Below, one piece after another: positions 1-15,188 of a stretch of DNA of 64,000 bases. The notes below the pieces were generated by a model. That model was not told where the DNA came from, made no database searches, and saw only the letters and a list, made by a program, of their open reading frames with translations. The DNA comes from Bigelowiella natans CCMP2755 (lineage: Eukaryota; Protista; Cercozoa): assembly GCA_000320545.1 (NCBI GenBank), contig ADNK01000407.1, positions 1 through 64,000 of the forward strand, in the 5' to 3' direction. Both the position numbers and the translations under genes were made by a program. Position 1 is the stretch's first letter. Each line of letters opens with the position of its first letter.

Positions 1-50
1 ATATATCCCTTGGTTGTTTCGGTTCGCCTCTCTGGAATCGTCTCCTCTCT

Positions 51-96
<46 letters not shown>

Positions 97-119
97 ATTT
101 TTAGTATTCGCTGTCGCGG

Positions 120-2331
120 ATGAAGAAGAATCATGGGGCACACAGCAGGAACACGTCCATGGAGAATGCCGAATGCCTTGGTAATATCATAGATAATACG
201 TGTATATCCTCTACGTTTGCATGGTTGTCAAATTTCCAACGGTTTCTGCAGGCGTTCTGAACCTCTCCTTGCCCTCGCACAACACCAGGTAGCTAATGAC
301 AGCCTAGAAGGACCCAAACTTTCTAACACATGATGGTGATGATGATCCTAAACACACACACTCGTTGCTCTAAAGTCTGCATTTCTTCTGGCAGTACTTC
401 GTCCGCCGAGGCTATCTGTGAGATCCTCAAGTCGCCTGAAATATCGGAATGTGGGTCAACCATCCTCAGCGTGGAGGGGGTGAAGAATGATGCGCCTCAG
501 GAAAGCAGCAGCCCTGACGGTGGCGATGGTACACTAAGGGCAGGTGTATCCTCTCTCCCACAGCTGCTTGAAAAAGACGGAAAAGACCTACATAAGGGGA
601 ATGGTTCCTTCTCACCGAACAGAGAATCGAAAGATGATGATGATAACACAATGGAGCAAGAAGGAAACAGCAAGAGAAGGAAGGGCCATTTGCCAGGGCA
701 AAGCATATTCTCGCCAGACCGACATTGCCTTTCTCCTGAAGTTATTGTTGCTAAGGCATCAACGACCCCAATAGCTGTCTCCCCCCCCCCCAAAGAAATC
801 GTTGAATCAGTGGCAAATAGCACCAATAATAGATATGGTGAGGTCGATATGATTGGTTGCGAGAAAGGACAAGAGGAAGAGGGGACACGGCTCAATCTTA
901 GCAGAGATTGCAGCAATTCTTCACATTCGCCAGCTGTGCGGCGTCGAGTAGAGTTCCTGCCTGATCCAGAAGACTCCAGGCTGGCTAATAACAGCAGTTG
1001 TGATGATGCAGTTCCTCCTCCTGCTGCTGCTGCTGCTGATGATGGTGATGATGATGATGATGATGATGATGATAATAATGCAGAAAAGTGGAAGAAAACA
1101 GAGTGCGTACTCCTCATTGATCGTAGCTGTAACGAGGGCCCACAAGACGCCCATTTCCTGTACGACAGTACCGACAACGAAACGCTTTTCATCATAGGAG
1201 AGGATGGTAAGAAGGAGAAAATCGCAGGCGCTGTAATCGCCTCTGCCTCGTTGCCCTTGAAGTCGCCTTCGACGAAGGACTCTGACGTCAGTCTCAAGAG
1301 TCCTCTTGAGGACAATAAACATAGGCGTGTGGAGGAGGAGGATAAGAAAAAAGAAGTAGAAGGGGAACAAGAGGTGGTTCCGGGGTATGTTTTTGATAAA
1401 GAGCCGTTATCATCAAAAGGGGTACTGCTGCCTGTGGTGGAAAATAGCAATAAAGAAAGTATGCACAGAAGCAGAAGCAGCAATGTTGCTGGCCACCTTC
1501 TGGTAGAACAACAGGGCCGTTTAAGCAGCACTGCTGATGCTGTTGTTTCATCCTCTTCTCCAGACTCCAAGGAGCGACCAATTGCTGCCACGACGAATAC
1601 CGACCCCATAGATAATCTCGGGTCCTCTTTCGTAGCTGCAATAGCAAGCAGACAGCAGCTGTTGATTAAATCTTCATTACCGACACCAGCAGCTGAATCA
1701 AATACCACGGGAAGCAATGAAGGCCCTTGTGCAGAAGAAGAAGAGGAGGAGGGGGGGGAGAAGATTGTGGCAGGTTGTAGAAAGAACAAGAATCGTTGGA
1801 ATAACTCCTTGCTTTGGGCAAACTTCTGCTTCACGAGGAGGGGCCATTCATGCAGCATCTTCGTGCCTTCAAGTCGCGTGTTTTTTCTTCTTTGCTCTTA
1901 TTCTTCGTCTCTTCTTCCTCTTCTTCTCGAGGATACTTTCTTGACCTATTTCGTTCTTCGGATATATGTTCCTTCGCGAAATATAGAGTGAGAGATTATG
2001 CACAAGGCGGGCCACTTGGGAGAGGGAAAGGGAGAGAGTTAGAGAGAGAAAGAGAGAGAGTACATATCTGCACCGAATATCAGATTACCAAACATTTTCA
2101 CCCTGAACTTTCTTTGGAAGCCTGATGCATTTGTGTTGTACTCTTTGATACCATATACAACCACCACCTCAGGCATGTGGAAAGGAGCATACCTCAATGA
2201 CCGACGATTCTTTACAGTCACTCTTGGGGGGAGATTCGGCAACGTGCCTCCTTCCAACGATAGGTTTGCTTCCACGTCCATGCTTCATTGCTATGGACTT
2301 AGGCTATAAAATGTGCAAAATAAGACTTTAG
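120..2331 (+). CDS. Hypothetical low-complexity acidic/Ser-rich protein (spliced)
   Basis: Long open frame 330-1991; plausible first exon from ATG 120 with GT-AG intron ~181-251; possible last exon ~2173-2331. No recognisable domain. Confidence 0.45.
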
Positions 2332-2378
2332 CGTTGCTATGGATATATGCTATTAAATGTGCAAAATAAGACTTGAGC
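2288..2378. repeat. Two-copy ~46 bp imperfect direct repeat
   Basis: ttgctatgga...aaatgtgcaaaataagactt occurs at 2288 and 2334. Confidence 0.75.
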
Positions 2379-2468
2379 AAGTCAAAAGAGCATGCAATAA
2401 GCAGGGGGGTAGTTCTTGAGAGAAAGTAGCAATGCCTGGTTTCCTCCTGAGAATACGACCATGACAGA

Positions 2469-3035
2469 CTAGTACCCGAAAATTCGTGTTTTTACCATGT
2501 TAAGTCCTGCAGTTATTTTGTGAGAGGAGATTAATGGCTCGAATGAAAACAGTTTTGTTGCATCATCATCATCATCCCATGTGCTGTTTTTGGTCTCCTC
2601 GTGTTTCTCGTCCGGTAAAGCAGGCTCTGGGCCTCGATAAAGACGGGTGGAAAGCACGTGCTTCATCACATATGGTTGCATTCCTTCGGCTACCATTGGA
2701 AGGTAACATGCTGAGATGTGTGCGTCAAGTGAAATGGATAAACCAGAAGAAGAAGGAGGAGGAGCAACGAAGTTCCAGCTCGGAATTCTTTGTTTTAATG
2801 TTTCGTTGATCTGCGGATCTTACCTTCAAGTGTTGAAAGAGGGCACAGGGCGAGTGAGAGTGGGGAGGGGGAGATAAGTCCTCTTTTCTTGAGATATTCC
2901 TCGGGAAACCTCCTTGTGTGTAGGTATCACGCAGAAGCGAGGACTTCAAAAACCTTTCCAACTGTTTAAGCGAGCTTCCAAGCGTGAAGGTAACGCTTTC
3001 CTTCCTCTCATTTTCGTTTTCTGTTCCCCCCCTCT

Positions 3036-3123
<88 letters not shown>

Positions 3124-3700
3124 CGAGAGAGCATTGGATGTGAAGGTTTGCTTTTCTGAAATACTGTTTGTAATTGCCTTTTGGGTTGTACATTGTATGT
3201 GCTCGTATGTATTTAACACACATTTTGTTAAATAGCTGCTGAAAAATACGCTCCCGAGCCTCCCATATGAAGCTATCGATGATATGAGCTTACATCAACG
3301 GTATTTTTCAAATCAAATATTGTCTGAGCTACACATAGGCTAATTCCCTGCTTGTCCACCGTTTTCTTTTCCGCCCCCCGCCCCCCGCCCCCCCCCCCTC
3401 CCCCGCAAAAATAGGCACATGCAGCTCTTCGGCTACCTGCGGAAGCTGCTCGACATTGAAGTGGCCATAGACTCAAAAGTTGTTCGCTGTCTAGTTTCTT
3501 TCGCACTGTTATTTACATGTATGTCCAGAAGAGTGCACTTCTTTCCAACAAAGGTCTCGATATTTGCAAAATCTAACAACTGACCTTCTTCCCTCTTCTT
3601 CTATCGAGTAGGTTCTTCGAGAGTTCTTGAAGCTAGATGGAGGAGAGAAAAGGGGGGGCAAACTTATCGCCTCTCCAATGCTAAGGTTTTAATTGACGGC
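2469..3700 (-). CDS. Possible spliced hypothetical gene
   Basis: Exon-like segments bounded by AG/GT on the minus strand (e.g. AKETRQRTTFESMATSMSSSFR; terminal ORF 2469-2696). No homology recognised. Confidence 0.3.
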
Positions 3701-4079
3701 GAGAGACGAGTCACATGATCATATGCAATGATTTCGTATTTTTCGGCAGGCGTGTTGCTTCTATAAGCAAATTTATCGTGAAGCATTTGTGACCTGTTGT
3801 TTTGTTGTAATATTAAATAGCCGGTGTTCTCGAGCTTTAGTCAAAGCTAGGTAAGATAAAACTTCCAAGCAGTTACCGGGCAAATTCTGTGATATTTTGC
3901 GGTGGCTTAAAATTCCCGCAACGTTTCATAAAGCTTGTCAAATGCGTTCCAATTCGTCAGATGAATCACGTTGAAAATAAAATAAAATAAAAAAAGAGGG
4001 ATCATGCTCCCGATCGCAGTTTAGATCCATCAAACTTTTTGCTGAACTCATTCTTACATTTTGGATCACTAGATCACAT

Positions 4080-5090
4080 GATTGATTGGTTTTCCTCCAC
4101 CTCGTGAAACCTGATGTCTAGATATTTGCATTTTCAACATGAGTCTAGTAGCAGTTGTGCATTTCACGTCAACCATGACATGCTAGCATGGCTAGATGGT
4201 GATGTGCCATTTGAAACTAGCTCCAAGTGTTCTTCGGGTACTGCAATCTAGCAATGTTTGCTGCGAAATTTTCGTCACGTGCATCTAGAGCACAAGCTTT
4301 GCGTTGTTCTGCGCACAGCTACACAGTCTAGCCACTCTGGCTAGCTAGCAGTGCTAGAGTGTGTGAATATCCAAATCTGCCACAGACTTCAGACTTGCTA
4401 GCTTGCTGCTAAGGATGGCCACTCTAGAACTGTGACATCTAGACATATGTAGCACATCTAGCACATCTATGGATATGCACATCTAGCTAGACGCGTTCGA
4501 TTGTGTCTGGCATGCTAGTTAGCATGCTAGCTAGCTAGCTCGAGCTGAGCAAAATGCTAGCTATAGCTAGCTAGCTGCTGCCCGAGCGTGCGCGGCATCC
4601 TAGCATCGTCTTTCATAGCTATAGCTAGACAGCGCGCAAGTGTTGTTATTGCTGCAACTATGCTGAGCGAGGTCGTCTACTGCATGCATGCAATCTAGCA
4701 ATACCAGCAATGCTCTAGGAAGCAGAACATCTAGATATCTACCTAGCTGGACATCTAAACATCTCTGGGCATTGTGAGCTGCTGCCACATCTAGACATGA
4801 TGACACGATGCATGCTAGCATCGCATGGCATGGCTAGATGGTGGTGAAATCACTTATTTAGTCTCGTTGCTCAACTAGTCATTGAAGGGTATTGCACTTG
4901 TCTGTGACTTCTAGGCCTGCAGTTGTACTGACCCGTGATGGCAGCACGAATGGGTGCCCAGCACAGCAGCTAGACAACCGACGCTGCAGGGCTACGGGGC
5001 TCCTAGCCTGCTAACTTTGACCTCATACAACACTCGCATCAACATCGCTACATCTAGATCGACTACACTGGTGGTTAAAAGACCTCTTTC
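4080..5090. other. CTAG-rich, TpA-depleted intergenic island 1
   Basis: Dense ctag/gctagc/tctaga/catg/tgca; most remaining TA lie in CTA/TAG; directly downstream of the FBPase stop. Confidence 0.85.
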
Positions 5091-5096
5091 ACTGGA

Positions 5097-6686
5097 TCAA
5101 AGCTTGCTTTTTAGCCCGCTGCTGTTTGACTTGGTAGAGATAGTAGTAGTAGCATCAGAGTACCCTTCGTAACCCGCTAAAACTGGCTCCACATCACGTT
5201 TGCAGCCAAGAATCACTGGGCACCTTTCATGGATCTTTCTCGGGACAAGATCCTGAGCAATAATTGGTCGCGACATGTTTTAATGCTTATGATTCGAACA
5301 AGCTACATTGGGGTATATGTATCAACTCACATATTTTGCTTTACTTCGCGTGTGTGAACTAATAGGAAGCGCTATTTTATTTTACCAAAATCCGTCGGAC
5401 TTGTCCCTTGAAATACCCAGCAGATGCAACGCCGCCCGCTTGTTCGGCAAGCAACGCCATAGGAAACCCCTCGTAGAGAAGCCTGATATGATGTCAGTTT
5501 GCCACGACAACGACAAGAGAGATGCGATGTAGAGAGAAGATAAACACGGAGAAGCAAAAAACAGACAGGAAATTAAAAATATGACGGCAGCGATAAGCTC
5601 ATAGAGATGGAGGAGGGCCTCAAACCACCTCAATTTCCCGTTTTTCGACTTTTTATCAGCTGGATACCTACGTGCCACAAAATGCTGCTTAGCGATTATT
5701 ACAACATATCGATATCGAAGGGTGTGTTCGGATGACTCCTACAGAGCGTTGTCATCTCTAGGGATTACGGTTTTACATGAATATTCCGCCGTAGATCATG
5801 GTGCGATGGACGTCCGAGACCATACTACCCACATATCTGGAACCACAGTTAAAATTAAAGTTTTGGGAGTTGTCGTCATCGTTGTTGTTGTAGCAGCGGC
5901 AGTAGTAGTAGTAGTAGTAGTTGTTGTTGTTGCTGCTGCTGCTGCTGCTGCTGTTGCAAAAATCGACCGCATTGAGTAAGGTTTCGATCCATCCTTGGGG
6001 TCCTTGTATTTCTGAACTGCACCCTGAATCACCTACCAACGACAAAGAGATACTTGTCGTCCTGCTGCTCTGCATAATTTGAGGCACAAGCCCCTCCAAG
6101 CAGAAAAAGACAACAATTCGAAGACTACGAGCTACTCACTCGCACCAGGGAAACATGCCAAAAAGGCACCGCTTTTTATCATAAGCAGTGTTAGGTTACC
6201 GGGTCCCACTTGAGATAATTTCCTTCATTTACGGAATAAACCTATAGGATACAAACAGAGTTCGTAGGGGGGGGGGGGAGGAAAAGAAGGAGACATGATG
6301 TCTATAGTGAGGATATGTCGCACAGGAAGATCATTTAGAATCAACTCGCTGCCTCCTGATGCGCGACTGAAAGAATGTGAAGTGGTTGTGACCATTGTTG
6401 TTTCCCCCTTTCCCCTTATCTAGGAAAAAGAAAAAATAATGGCGAGATTTATCCAGAATCACGATACGGCCTTTTGGGCTATGCCATAAGATCCAACTAC
6501 TGGTAAATTCAGCCCCGCATTTTCTATATGACTAATCTATTCCAGAAGCGCTCGCAACTCCCAAAACGGTGAGCCATAGTGCCCCTGCCCATCATCAACT
6601 ATCTTTCAATTCGTCGCTGGGTACCTTTTTCCCATTAAGCGGCATCTTGATTGACTCGCCGATATGTATGAACTCACCCTAGAGAG

Positions 6687-6729
<43 letters not shown>

Positions 6730-8111
6730 CATCGATCCTTTTGGTGATGTTGGTTGTAGAGAATGTGCATGATGAATGTGGAGGAGATATGCCCTCAGAA
6801 TCACGTTCGTGGCCTATCGGGATGTATTGTTCCCTCTCAGAAGCCCCCTCCCTTTTCCTCCTCCAAATACCAAGCTTGGATCCAGGATGAACCGCTCGAC
6901 GCCCTGGCCGAATGTCATCACCAACTCGGTAGCGCTTCCATACATGCAGTATCTTCATTGAAAAGAACAACACACGCAACTCAGCAGTTTGTAACTTTGC
7001 CCAGTCCTCATCGTGATTAATGCGATTAATATGACTAATATGGTACTACTACTCTGTAAATAAGTAATACCCTGCCGCCACCATTTCCTTTCCAGGACGT
7101 AGTATATCAGACGCAGCTGGAGGGGCGAAGGTCTTCTTCTCAAAAATACTGAATATAGTCCCAGTTGACACGTTGCAATCTGAGCGTATAATTGGAGGAA
7201 TTTGTGACTGATCGGACGATGATTCGTTTTGGATTGTGATAATGGTAATGGTTGTAAAACTGATAATGGTGCTGACGAATACGATGACGATGATCAAGAG
7301 CAGGATTGAAGCCATTGTTTTTTTAAAAACAAACTTGTTCATGGAGCGAGAAAAATAGCCTCTTTAATAATCATCTTATATCCATATCACGCATACGCAA
7401 TCGGCTCGTCTTTAATAGTCAATACCAATGTTCGATGATCCATCGAGTGGATCGAATGCAACGCAGAACTTCCCGTGTTGTCCTTTGAAGAAATAATGCC
7501 AAATTAGTGTTCAAATTTCCGTTAATAATTCGTGTTATGTTGTTATTGGTTAAATTCCAAGTTCCCTTACCTTCCATGATCAAGGGCTCAGGTTCTTCTT
7601 CCGACACCAGCACCGCACAGACGTGGCTTTTCCTCAGAGCATTTATCATGAATAGATTTGCGAGTAGATCAAGCTTCTTCACCTAATTCATCCAAACGTG
7701 AGAAATGGGACACCGCTTGACGTAGACGAAAGGAGACAGTATTATTACTTGATCACCCGACTTGTTTCTTGTACCGGCCATTCCCAGCAAACCTGCTATT
7801 CCTGCACAACGTATCATTCGGCGGAGTTAAAGATGTCTTACCTAGTTTTAGACGCTACCACCTGCTTTCCGAACAGCCCTTGCGATGTTTTTGCATGCAA
7901 TTTCCATTGCAGTCATCAAAAGCGCCAGATCTCGATCCTGTGTAGCAGCGCACAAGCAAATAACACACACGGCCAAAAAAGTCGACGTCGCCACAAACTC
8001 GTGTGCCCTAGAATTTTCCCCGGAAGCTAAAGTCTTACGCACTTTTGTCTCAATCATGATGAATGAAGAGAGAGTATTGCGATCGGCATCGACGATGTTT
8101 TCGGTGCTCAT
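5097..8111 (-). CDS. FBP: Fructose-1,6-bisphosphatase class 1, about 14 exons, C-terminal PTS1-like -SKL
   Basis: Spliced exons give [112 protein letters not shown]...GLKSKL*. Confidence 0.95.
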
Positions 8112-9110
8112 GGTACGCTGGGCAGGTCGGCGTGGGTGATATCAGCTGCAGCGGAAGCGCCGGAAGAAAAGATGTACTCCCACGCGCGCTACTTTCAGAC
8201 TTAAAGCAGATATTCTATTAACCATATGTGGCCCTATTTTATCATTAGACAACAAGTATTTCATGTCGTACAAATAAAATTTTAAAGATTTTTGGAAGTA
8301 GCATGTATCTGGCCATTGCTTTGGTGACCTCATTAAATATCGGCAACTAAGGGTAGTTGTGACCACGAGGATACCCCATGTCTCCGGAATCCCGGTATGG
8401 GTGCCGGTTTTTGATAATTTACATGCTAATATTTTTGAAACGACTTGATAAACCAGGGGCTGGGAACCAAATTAAAAAGACGATATTTGAATTCTACGCC
8501 AACAAAAATTTGACGTCGCAGACGGTCGCTAAGACCTTTGGAAAAGACAGCGACGTGCTAAATCTCTTGTCTCCATGATGATACTTTCGTGTACCTGGTA
8601 CATCAGTAAAAACTGCAATCCGCCTTCTATTTTGCTTAAAATGTCATGCATTCTCAGAAGAGAACCTATTCTTAAAAAATCGGCAATTCTGCCGGCTGGA
8701 AAGAGGAATGGCTCCCGAATTCCGTGGAGCTTGGGACGGCTTCAATGCCCCTTCGCTCCTAAAGAAGGTTCCCAAGAAAGATCTTCTGCTTCGTCTATCT
8801 AAGCTAGTAATGATAATCATAAGTTATGTTTTGTGTGTGGAGATTTTGGCCTTATAAAGTGGGTTTTCATTCCGAATGAAAGGATCGCCTTCCGTCTCGA
8901 AAACTTCGAAACGGGAGGCAAGATATCCAATCTCACGCTCTCTCAACTATTTCACTTCTTCTTCCTCTGGTGAAGCCAGAAGAGGAAAGGATAATAGTTT
9001 CCTGGGTTCCTGAAAGGACAGACTTGCGAGATCTTTCAGCTTCGCCTCAGTCTTCTGATAAGAAGACTACCACTATTTTTATTGTTCTTTTAATGATATT
9101 CTAGGTTGAC

Positions 9111-9404
9111 ATGCCGGAGAATAGGGGTGCAAGAATGATTTCCCGCTGGAGGTGAAATCGATCACATCAATGCAAACAAAATTTCATCAAATCAACATTC
9201 CCCATTCGCACTTTTACTTACCCCCCCCCCCCCCCCCTCTTGTGTTTTCAAATTTTGTTGTATCTCAGAATTGCGATGATCTTAAATGCGCTCTTGATTA
9301 TAGCTTCATTGATGATCATAACGCTTCGACACACGGAGCTTCTTTATGAAATTTCTCTCACTCGTGCACTCGCAGTCCCCGCTGCTTCCTTCCGTTTGCC
9401 ATCG

Positions 9405-9435
<31 letters not shown>

Positions 9436-11067
9436 CATTATTCCCATCGTCGTTATCGACATTATTACCCACATGCCACAGAGGAGGACCCAGAGAATGT
9501 GGTAGGAGAAGGAGGAGGTTGCTGAAGGAGATGAGTCCATGTGCTAACAAAGGGCGCAGCGGCGGCAACAGCAGGGGTGAAAGAGGCGGGCGTGGTGGTG
9601 GTGGGATGCTGCCCTCAATGGGGGGAGGAGGTACTTATTTCCTACATAATTATGTCGAATCAACGTTCGTGGTTATAATTGCAACTATAAACTCGATGAT
9701 AAATGATATACGTATAGAGGAGGAAGGGGGCGAGCTTGCGATTCCTCAGGTGATCCCTCTTAAGCCCAAGTCTTCGCTCGGGGTAGTTTGCTCACATCAG
9801 CATTAGGGAGAGAACAACGCCAATACCGTAGTAACAGCAGCAAGCAGCACTAGGTTATGATGATGGTCGTTGGACAACATGTCTACCCTTACCAAAACGG
9901 CATTGGTCATCGTGTTTGTTAGTACTGCTGACTGTGCAACACTACTGCTCGCACTTCACACACAAACACACACACACACACACACACACAATGATCAGAT
10001 GGCACTTCGACGCACAATCGACGAAGACGGTGATTCTGGTGAATTTAAATGGACACAAGATGAGCAAATCAAATGGTAGGTGGGATATATTCTAATGTAA
10101 ATGCCATAAACAATAATGGAGATGGGGTTCATAACGATCGTTGATCGTTCTTACATGTGTGTGTGTGTTCCGACGTATGAAAGGTTGAGCCGCGAGAAGG
10201 ATGCAATTGTAGCGATCAGGCAGACGAGGGTCTCCGGTAACATCATCATCAGCATCATCATCATCATAATTATCTCATTCTTCCCAAATAACTGAACGAT
10301 GATGCAAATATGGCCGAGAGGATGCAACGTTGCCAGCACCCATTTGTAGCATACAATTTCCAAAACTCGTAGGCGATTCGCAAGCAACGACGTTGGGTTA
10401 TAACATGTCACAGCGGCAGCGCCACGCCCACCAGAACTGTCGTCAGATTATCTTATCCTCAGACCTCCTCGCTGCTGCTTTGTATTGGTGGTGGGGGTTT
10501 ATTCAGATACGGGGACGAAGTTGGTGTCAAGAAAGCAAGTTCAAGAGGCGCAGGTCAAGTGCTAAATGGAACACAAACAAGGAGAACAAGAAGAAGAAGA
10601 AGAAGAAGAAGAAGAAGGAGAAACGCGCGCACACAAACACACACAGAGATATTGGTGACGAAGATCAAATGTTGGATATCGATTCTTTTTTTATGATGAA
10701 AAGCGTTTCTTTACTTCCTCTCCTTACGTCACCCACCCCTTCCCATTTCTCTACTATGCTGCGCTCCAGAAAGGAAAACTTGTCGAGCTGTCGAAGGCGG
10801 TAAGATATATATCATATTACGCACAACACCAACAGCCTTTCTTAGTAATTCAATACCATCGTGACCTCATTTTATTGTTCTTGTTGTTCTTGGGAATAAT
10901 GGTGGTGATGCCATAGGTGATTGACTTGCTGTACAACATGATCCTGAAGCAGTTTCAGGTCGGTGATAATAATTAACGATGATGATGGTGATGATGATGG
11001 TGATGATGATGATGATGATGATGGATAAGAATTATAGACTGTGTATCACACGCACACATCTATACAC

Positions 11068-11138
<71 letters not shown>

Positions 11139-11698
11139 TTATATGATACATAGATATGTAAAGTGCGTGTTTAAGTGCTTGCGTAGCATTTACATGTGCT
11201 CATGAAGCTAAGTATCCCGGTCCTCCTCCTCCCCCTCCTCCTCCTCCTTACCTGTGTGACGATCAGAGCATTGGCGTGGAACCCATCGGGGCGGGAGAGC
11301 TCGATGGTCCTTTCGCTGATCTAGGTGAGGGTTGGTCGTTGCTTACTCAAGATGGGGAGAACTAACTAGCTAAGAGAAAAAGAGAAGTGTTTAAGCATTC
11401 TCATCAGCAATTGCGGTTACGATACCTAGCTACTACTAGTTGTTTATATCAACATTATCAAAGGCTGTCAGCGTTATTTTACGCTCCTCCTCCTCCTCCT
11501 CCTCCTCTATATTATTCTCCATCGTGAGATAAATGATGTCACCAGCGACAACACACACCACCAACTACACGTTATTCAGGCCCTGTGAACCTGATCGAGC
11601 TTACAACGGTACGTACTACTACGTCCTGCTACGTAGTAACTACTAGTACCAGTACGAACCAGTCGCACACGCACCAACACACACGATCAGCCAACGAT

Positions 11699-11753
<55 letters not shown>

Positions 11754-12218
11754 AAGTAGTGTTTGGAAAGGGGTCGGTTGGTTGACTGGCTGACTCATAT
11801 TGATGATAATTCTTACTACTACTACTACTACGATTACAACACAGGGAATTCACACAATAGAGGCGCTCGAGATGGTGAAATCGCATCTGATGTCGATACT
11901 GGGTCCAATGATGCCGAAGAACAACCAAGGTCTTTGTTGTGTTGATTGTGGTGGTTTTGCCATCACCAAGCTCTATGGATGTTGTAGAAGTTGCTGTGCC
12001 TTCCACAATCGACGCAATCCAAATCGATATCATCACCATCATCATCGTTTCCCTCCTCTCCTCCTCCCTCCTCCCCACCATTCTGATCTTGATAATGAAT
12101 AATTAAGGTTTTTACACGTCCGCGGTGAAGATGCCGAAGCTCCAGATGTCGCAAGTGTACATGACGTCGGTCATGTTTGGCTATTTCCTTAGGAGGTGTG
12201 TACGGTGTGAGTGCGTGC

Positions 12219-12253
<35 letters not shown>

Positions 12254-12969
12254 CGTATTCTCCTTGCAAACCATGCAATGTTGTTGTGTTTTCTTTATTC
12301 ACAGGGTGGACCACCGCTATCAGGTGGCAAAGCAACTTGGCATTCTCGAAAGAACGTAATATCTACTACTAGTAGTAGTAGTAATAGGAAGAGGGGGAGA
12401 GCGTAGAAGCCATTTCCAACAAACAAGAAGAGGAGAACGACAAGAAGAAGAAGAAGAAGAAGAAGAAGGAGGAGGAGGAGGAGGAGAGAAACAAGAAAGA
12501 AGTGGCATTGCCACTGTGTTGAGTCGATATATCGATGATGAATGGTGCTACCAGCTATAAATCTGAGGAGGCTGTGGAAAGGCTTGAGGCAATGTCAGAG
12601 AATAAATATATATATATACGAACACACACTATCACTACTACGTGCAAATCATAATAATAATAAATGATAATAATAATGATTATAGTCGCAATCAATCTAT
12701 GCATGTGTGCAGTAAATAAAGAAAAGAGGAGGAGGAGGAGGAGGAGGAGGATAACCCGAACGATATTAGTTTGAAAGCGCAATATTTGGTGGTGAAAGAT
12801 GATACAGCAGCCCTCTATCTAATAATCATACTATTATTATTCATTACATTACTTACAGGCTTAGACTGTCCAAAAGCGAGAGCCGTGATCTTAGCAAATC
12901 GCTCCGCGAAAGTGGGAAAGACAATCGCAATCAGCGATAACAATAATAATAAGAAGAACACTATGTAAA

Positions 12970-13005
<36 letters not shown>

Positions 13006-13468
13006 ACCTAGTTCGGAACATCATCTCTCTCATCATCATCGTCGTCGTCATCGTCATCATCATCATCATCATTATCCCGTGTTCTTCTTACTTGATAGTA
13101 GTAAATCTAATGAGGATGATTTGTTGTTGTTGTTGTCGGTCGTGTCGCGCATCTATATTATGGGATGTGATGAAAGCAGATGAGAATGCTGCTGCCTCCT
13201 CCCTTGAATACACCTACTACACGGAAGAAGATTCGGTGGAGGACGTAATGACGCACACCATTAAAATCAGCTAGCCACACAACGACGATCCCCTCCCCCC
13301 CCACTTCCCAAAGATGGCCCCAACCGTTATATTCTGACGTCGTTGTTGTTGTTGTTGTTGTCGTGTTGTTATTTACTGCGCTAGCTGAATGATCCCGCGG
13401 CATGGACAGACCCGTCAGAGGAGGAAGAAGACGAATTTCACTACGATGAGGAGGCAAAAAAAAGAGGT

Positions 13469-13503
<35 letters not shown>

Positions 13504-13976
13504 GCGTTGGTTGGTGTCAATGGTCGAAGTAGTACTAGTAGTACTAGTAGTAGTAATAATAGAGTTGTACTGCACGATTGTTATCTATATGGCTGCATAT
13601 GCTGCGCTTGATCTTCGTGTCCACCGCTGTGGCGCAGAGAACAACAACAACAACAACAACAAACAACAAACAACAAACATCTGTGTGATCAATTATCCAT
13701 CGGTCAACGTGCACACGTCCTGCGATCGACATCGTCCATGGTGTCCCATTCCCTACCAAAAACACTGAATAAGTTATAACAAATATAGTAGATTGATATC
13801 GATAAATCCTATTCCTACTACTACTCCTACTACTACTACTACTACTACATTGGTGTTGCTGATGATCAGATCTGGAGCTTGTAAGTGATGGGCGGACTCT
13901 GGAAGACCTTGCAGATCCTGTCTCTCTCCGTGATTACATCGAGCAATTCGATTCAAAGGTAGGCAGGTGATCTAGG

Positions 13977-14012
<36 letters not shown>

Positions 14013-14907
14013 CGATGATGCGGCGTTGTTGGAATATCTATCTGCCGCCGATCCCTGCTAACAATGCAGTCGGTGTGGTGGTGTTGGCGGTGATGGTTTG
14101 AAGACGATAACGACATCTCACGGTGGCTCATCATCATCATCATCATCATCATCATTTGCTCTTCACACTCACGTGTTATTACGATGAAACAATCAGACGA
14201 TGGTGCAGTGTGCTTCGCTGATGTCCCAGGAATCCGCTGTTCTCCTCCAAGAGTATCAGTACGCTCTCTTCGGTAGTGTGCTCCTCCTCGCTTCCAGCTA
14301 GAGAATCATTTTAGGGAGTAGTTAGGAAACAAAAGCCCTTGAAGACGAGGATGCTAGTTGCCGTGGCGTGGGTCAACAAACGATCTGCATTTTCAATTTT
14401 ATCTAGTCAGATTTTCTCGTATGTACGTGGAATATGTGCATGATTTCGAAACTCATTTGATTCTTCCTGCCTTTTTCATCCGGCTCGGTCTCCGTCCTCC
14501 CCTTTCTCCTCCCTCTCCCCCGTTTCCCACAGGCAATATACGAGGGCTGCAGAAAGAGATGGCTCTTGCCTTGGGGCCTCCCTCCTCGGTACATACAATA
14601 GGAGAAGCATCGACTGAATATACACATATACGCATGTATAATTTGGCGAAGAACGAGAAGTTCTGAAGCAGCGATTCCATTCTACGTTAGGAGGGACAAC
14701 CTCCGACTCCAGAACAGATTATGGAGAAAATTGCCTCAGCGGTATGTTGATCAAGTAAGCGGCTTTCTTCAGTCGCAAACACTAAAAAACTACCCCCCCC
14801 CCCCAGGTAGATGTACGAGTAAGTAGTGATGATAAATACACAGGTTGAGCAGGACGCCGTGCAAACGATAATTCTTACGTTTGCGGACCAAAGACGGTGA
14901 GTTCGTG

Positions 14908-14966
<59 letters not shown>

Positions 14967-15154
14967 TGTGTGTGTTTGATAATATTAAAAATGCGCGAGA
15001 ATGATGATTGTGTTGTTGGTCATGACTGATGGTAGCTGTGATGATGATGAGGAGGAGGAGGATGATGATGATGATGATGATGATATGAGAAGAGTGGACA
15101 AGGTTTTCACATGCACACCTAACAACTTAAATCATCATCATGATCATCATCATG

Positions 15155-15188
<34 letters not shown>

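Noticed and set aside
497-1858. 453-aa antisense ORF
   Set aside because: Shadow frame of a low-complexity plus-strand exon; no protein-like motifs.
4080-5090. Islands as CRISPR arrays or a transposon family
   Set aside because: No fixed repeat-spacer period, no TIR/TSD or transposase, and no extended similarity between islands by eye.
8378-8802. Small plus-strand gene between FBPase and DUF760
   Set aside because: Could be upstream or UTR exons of the DUF760 gene or noise; not resolvable.
12580-12600. Possible GC-AG intron donor in the DUF760 gene
   Set aside because: Exon boundary cannot be fixed without transcript data.
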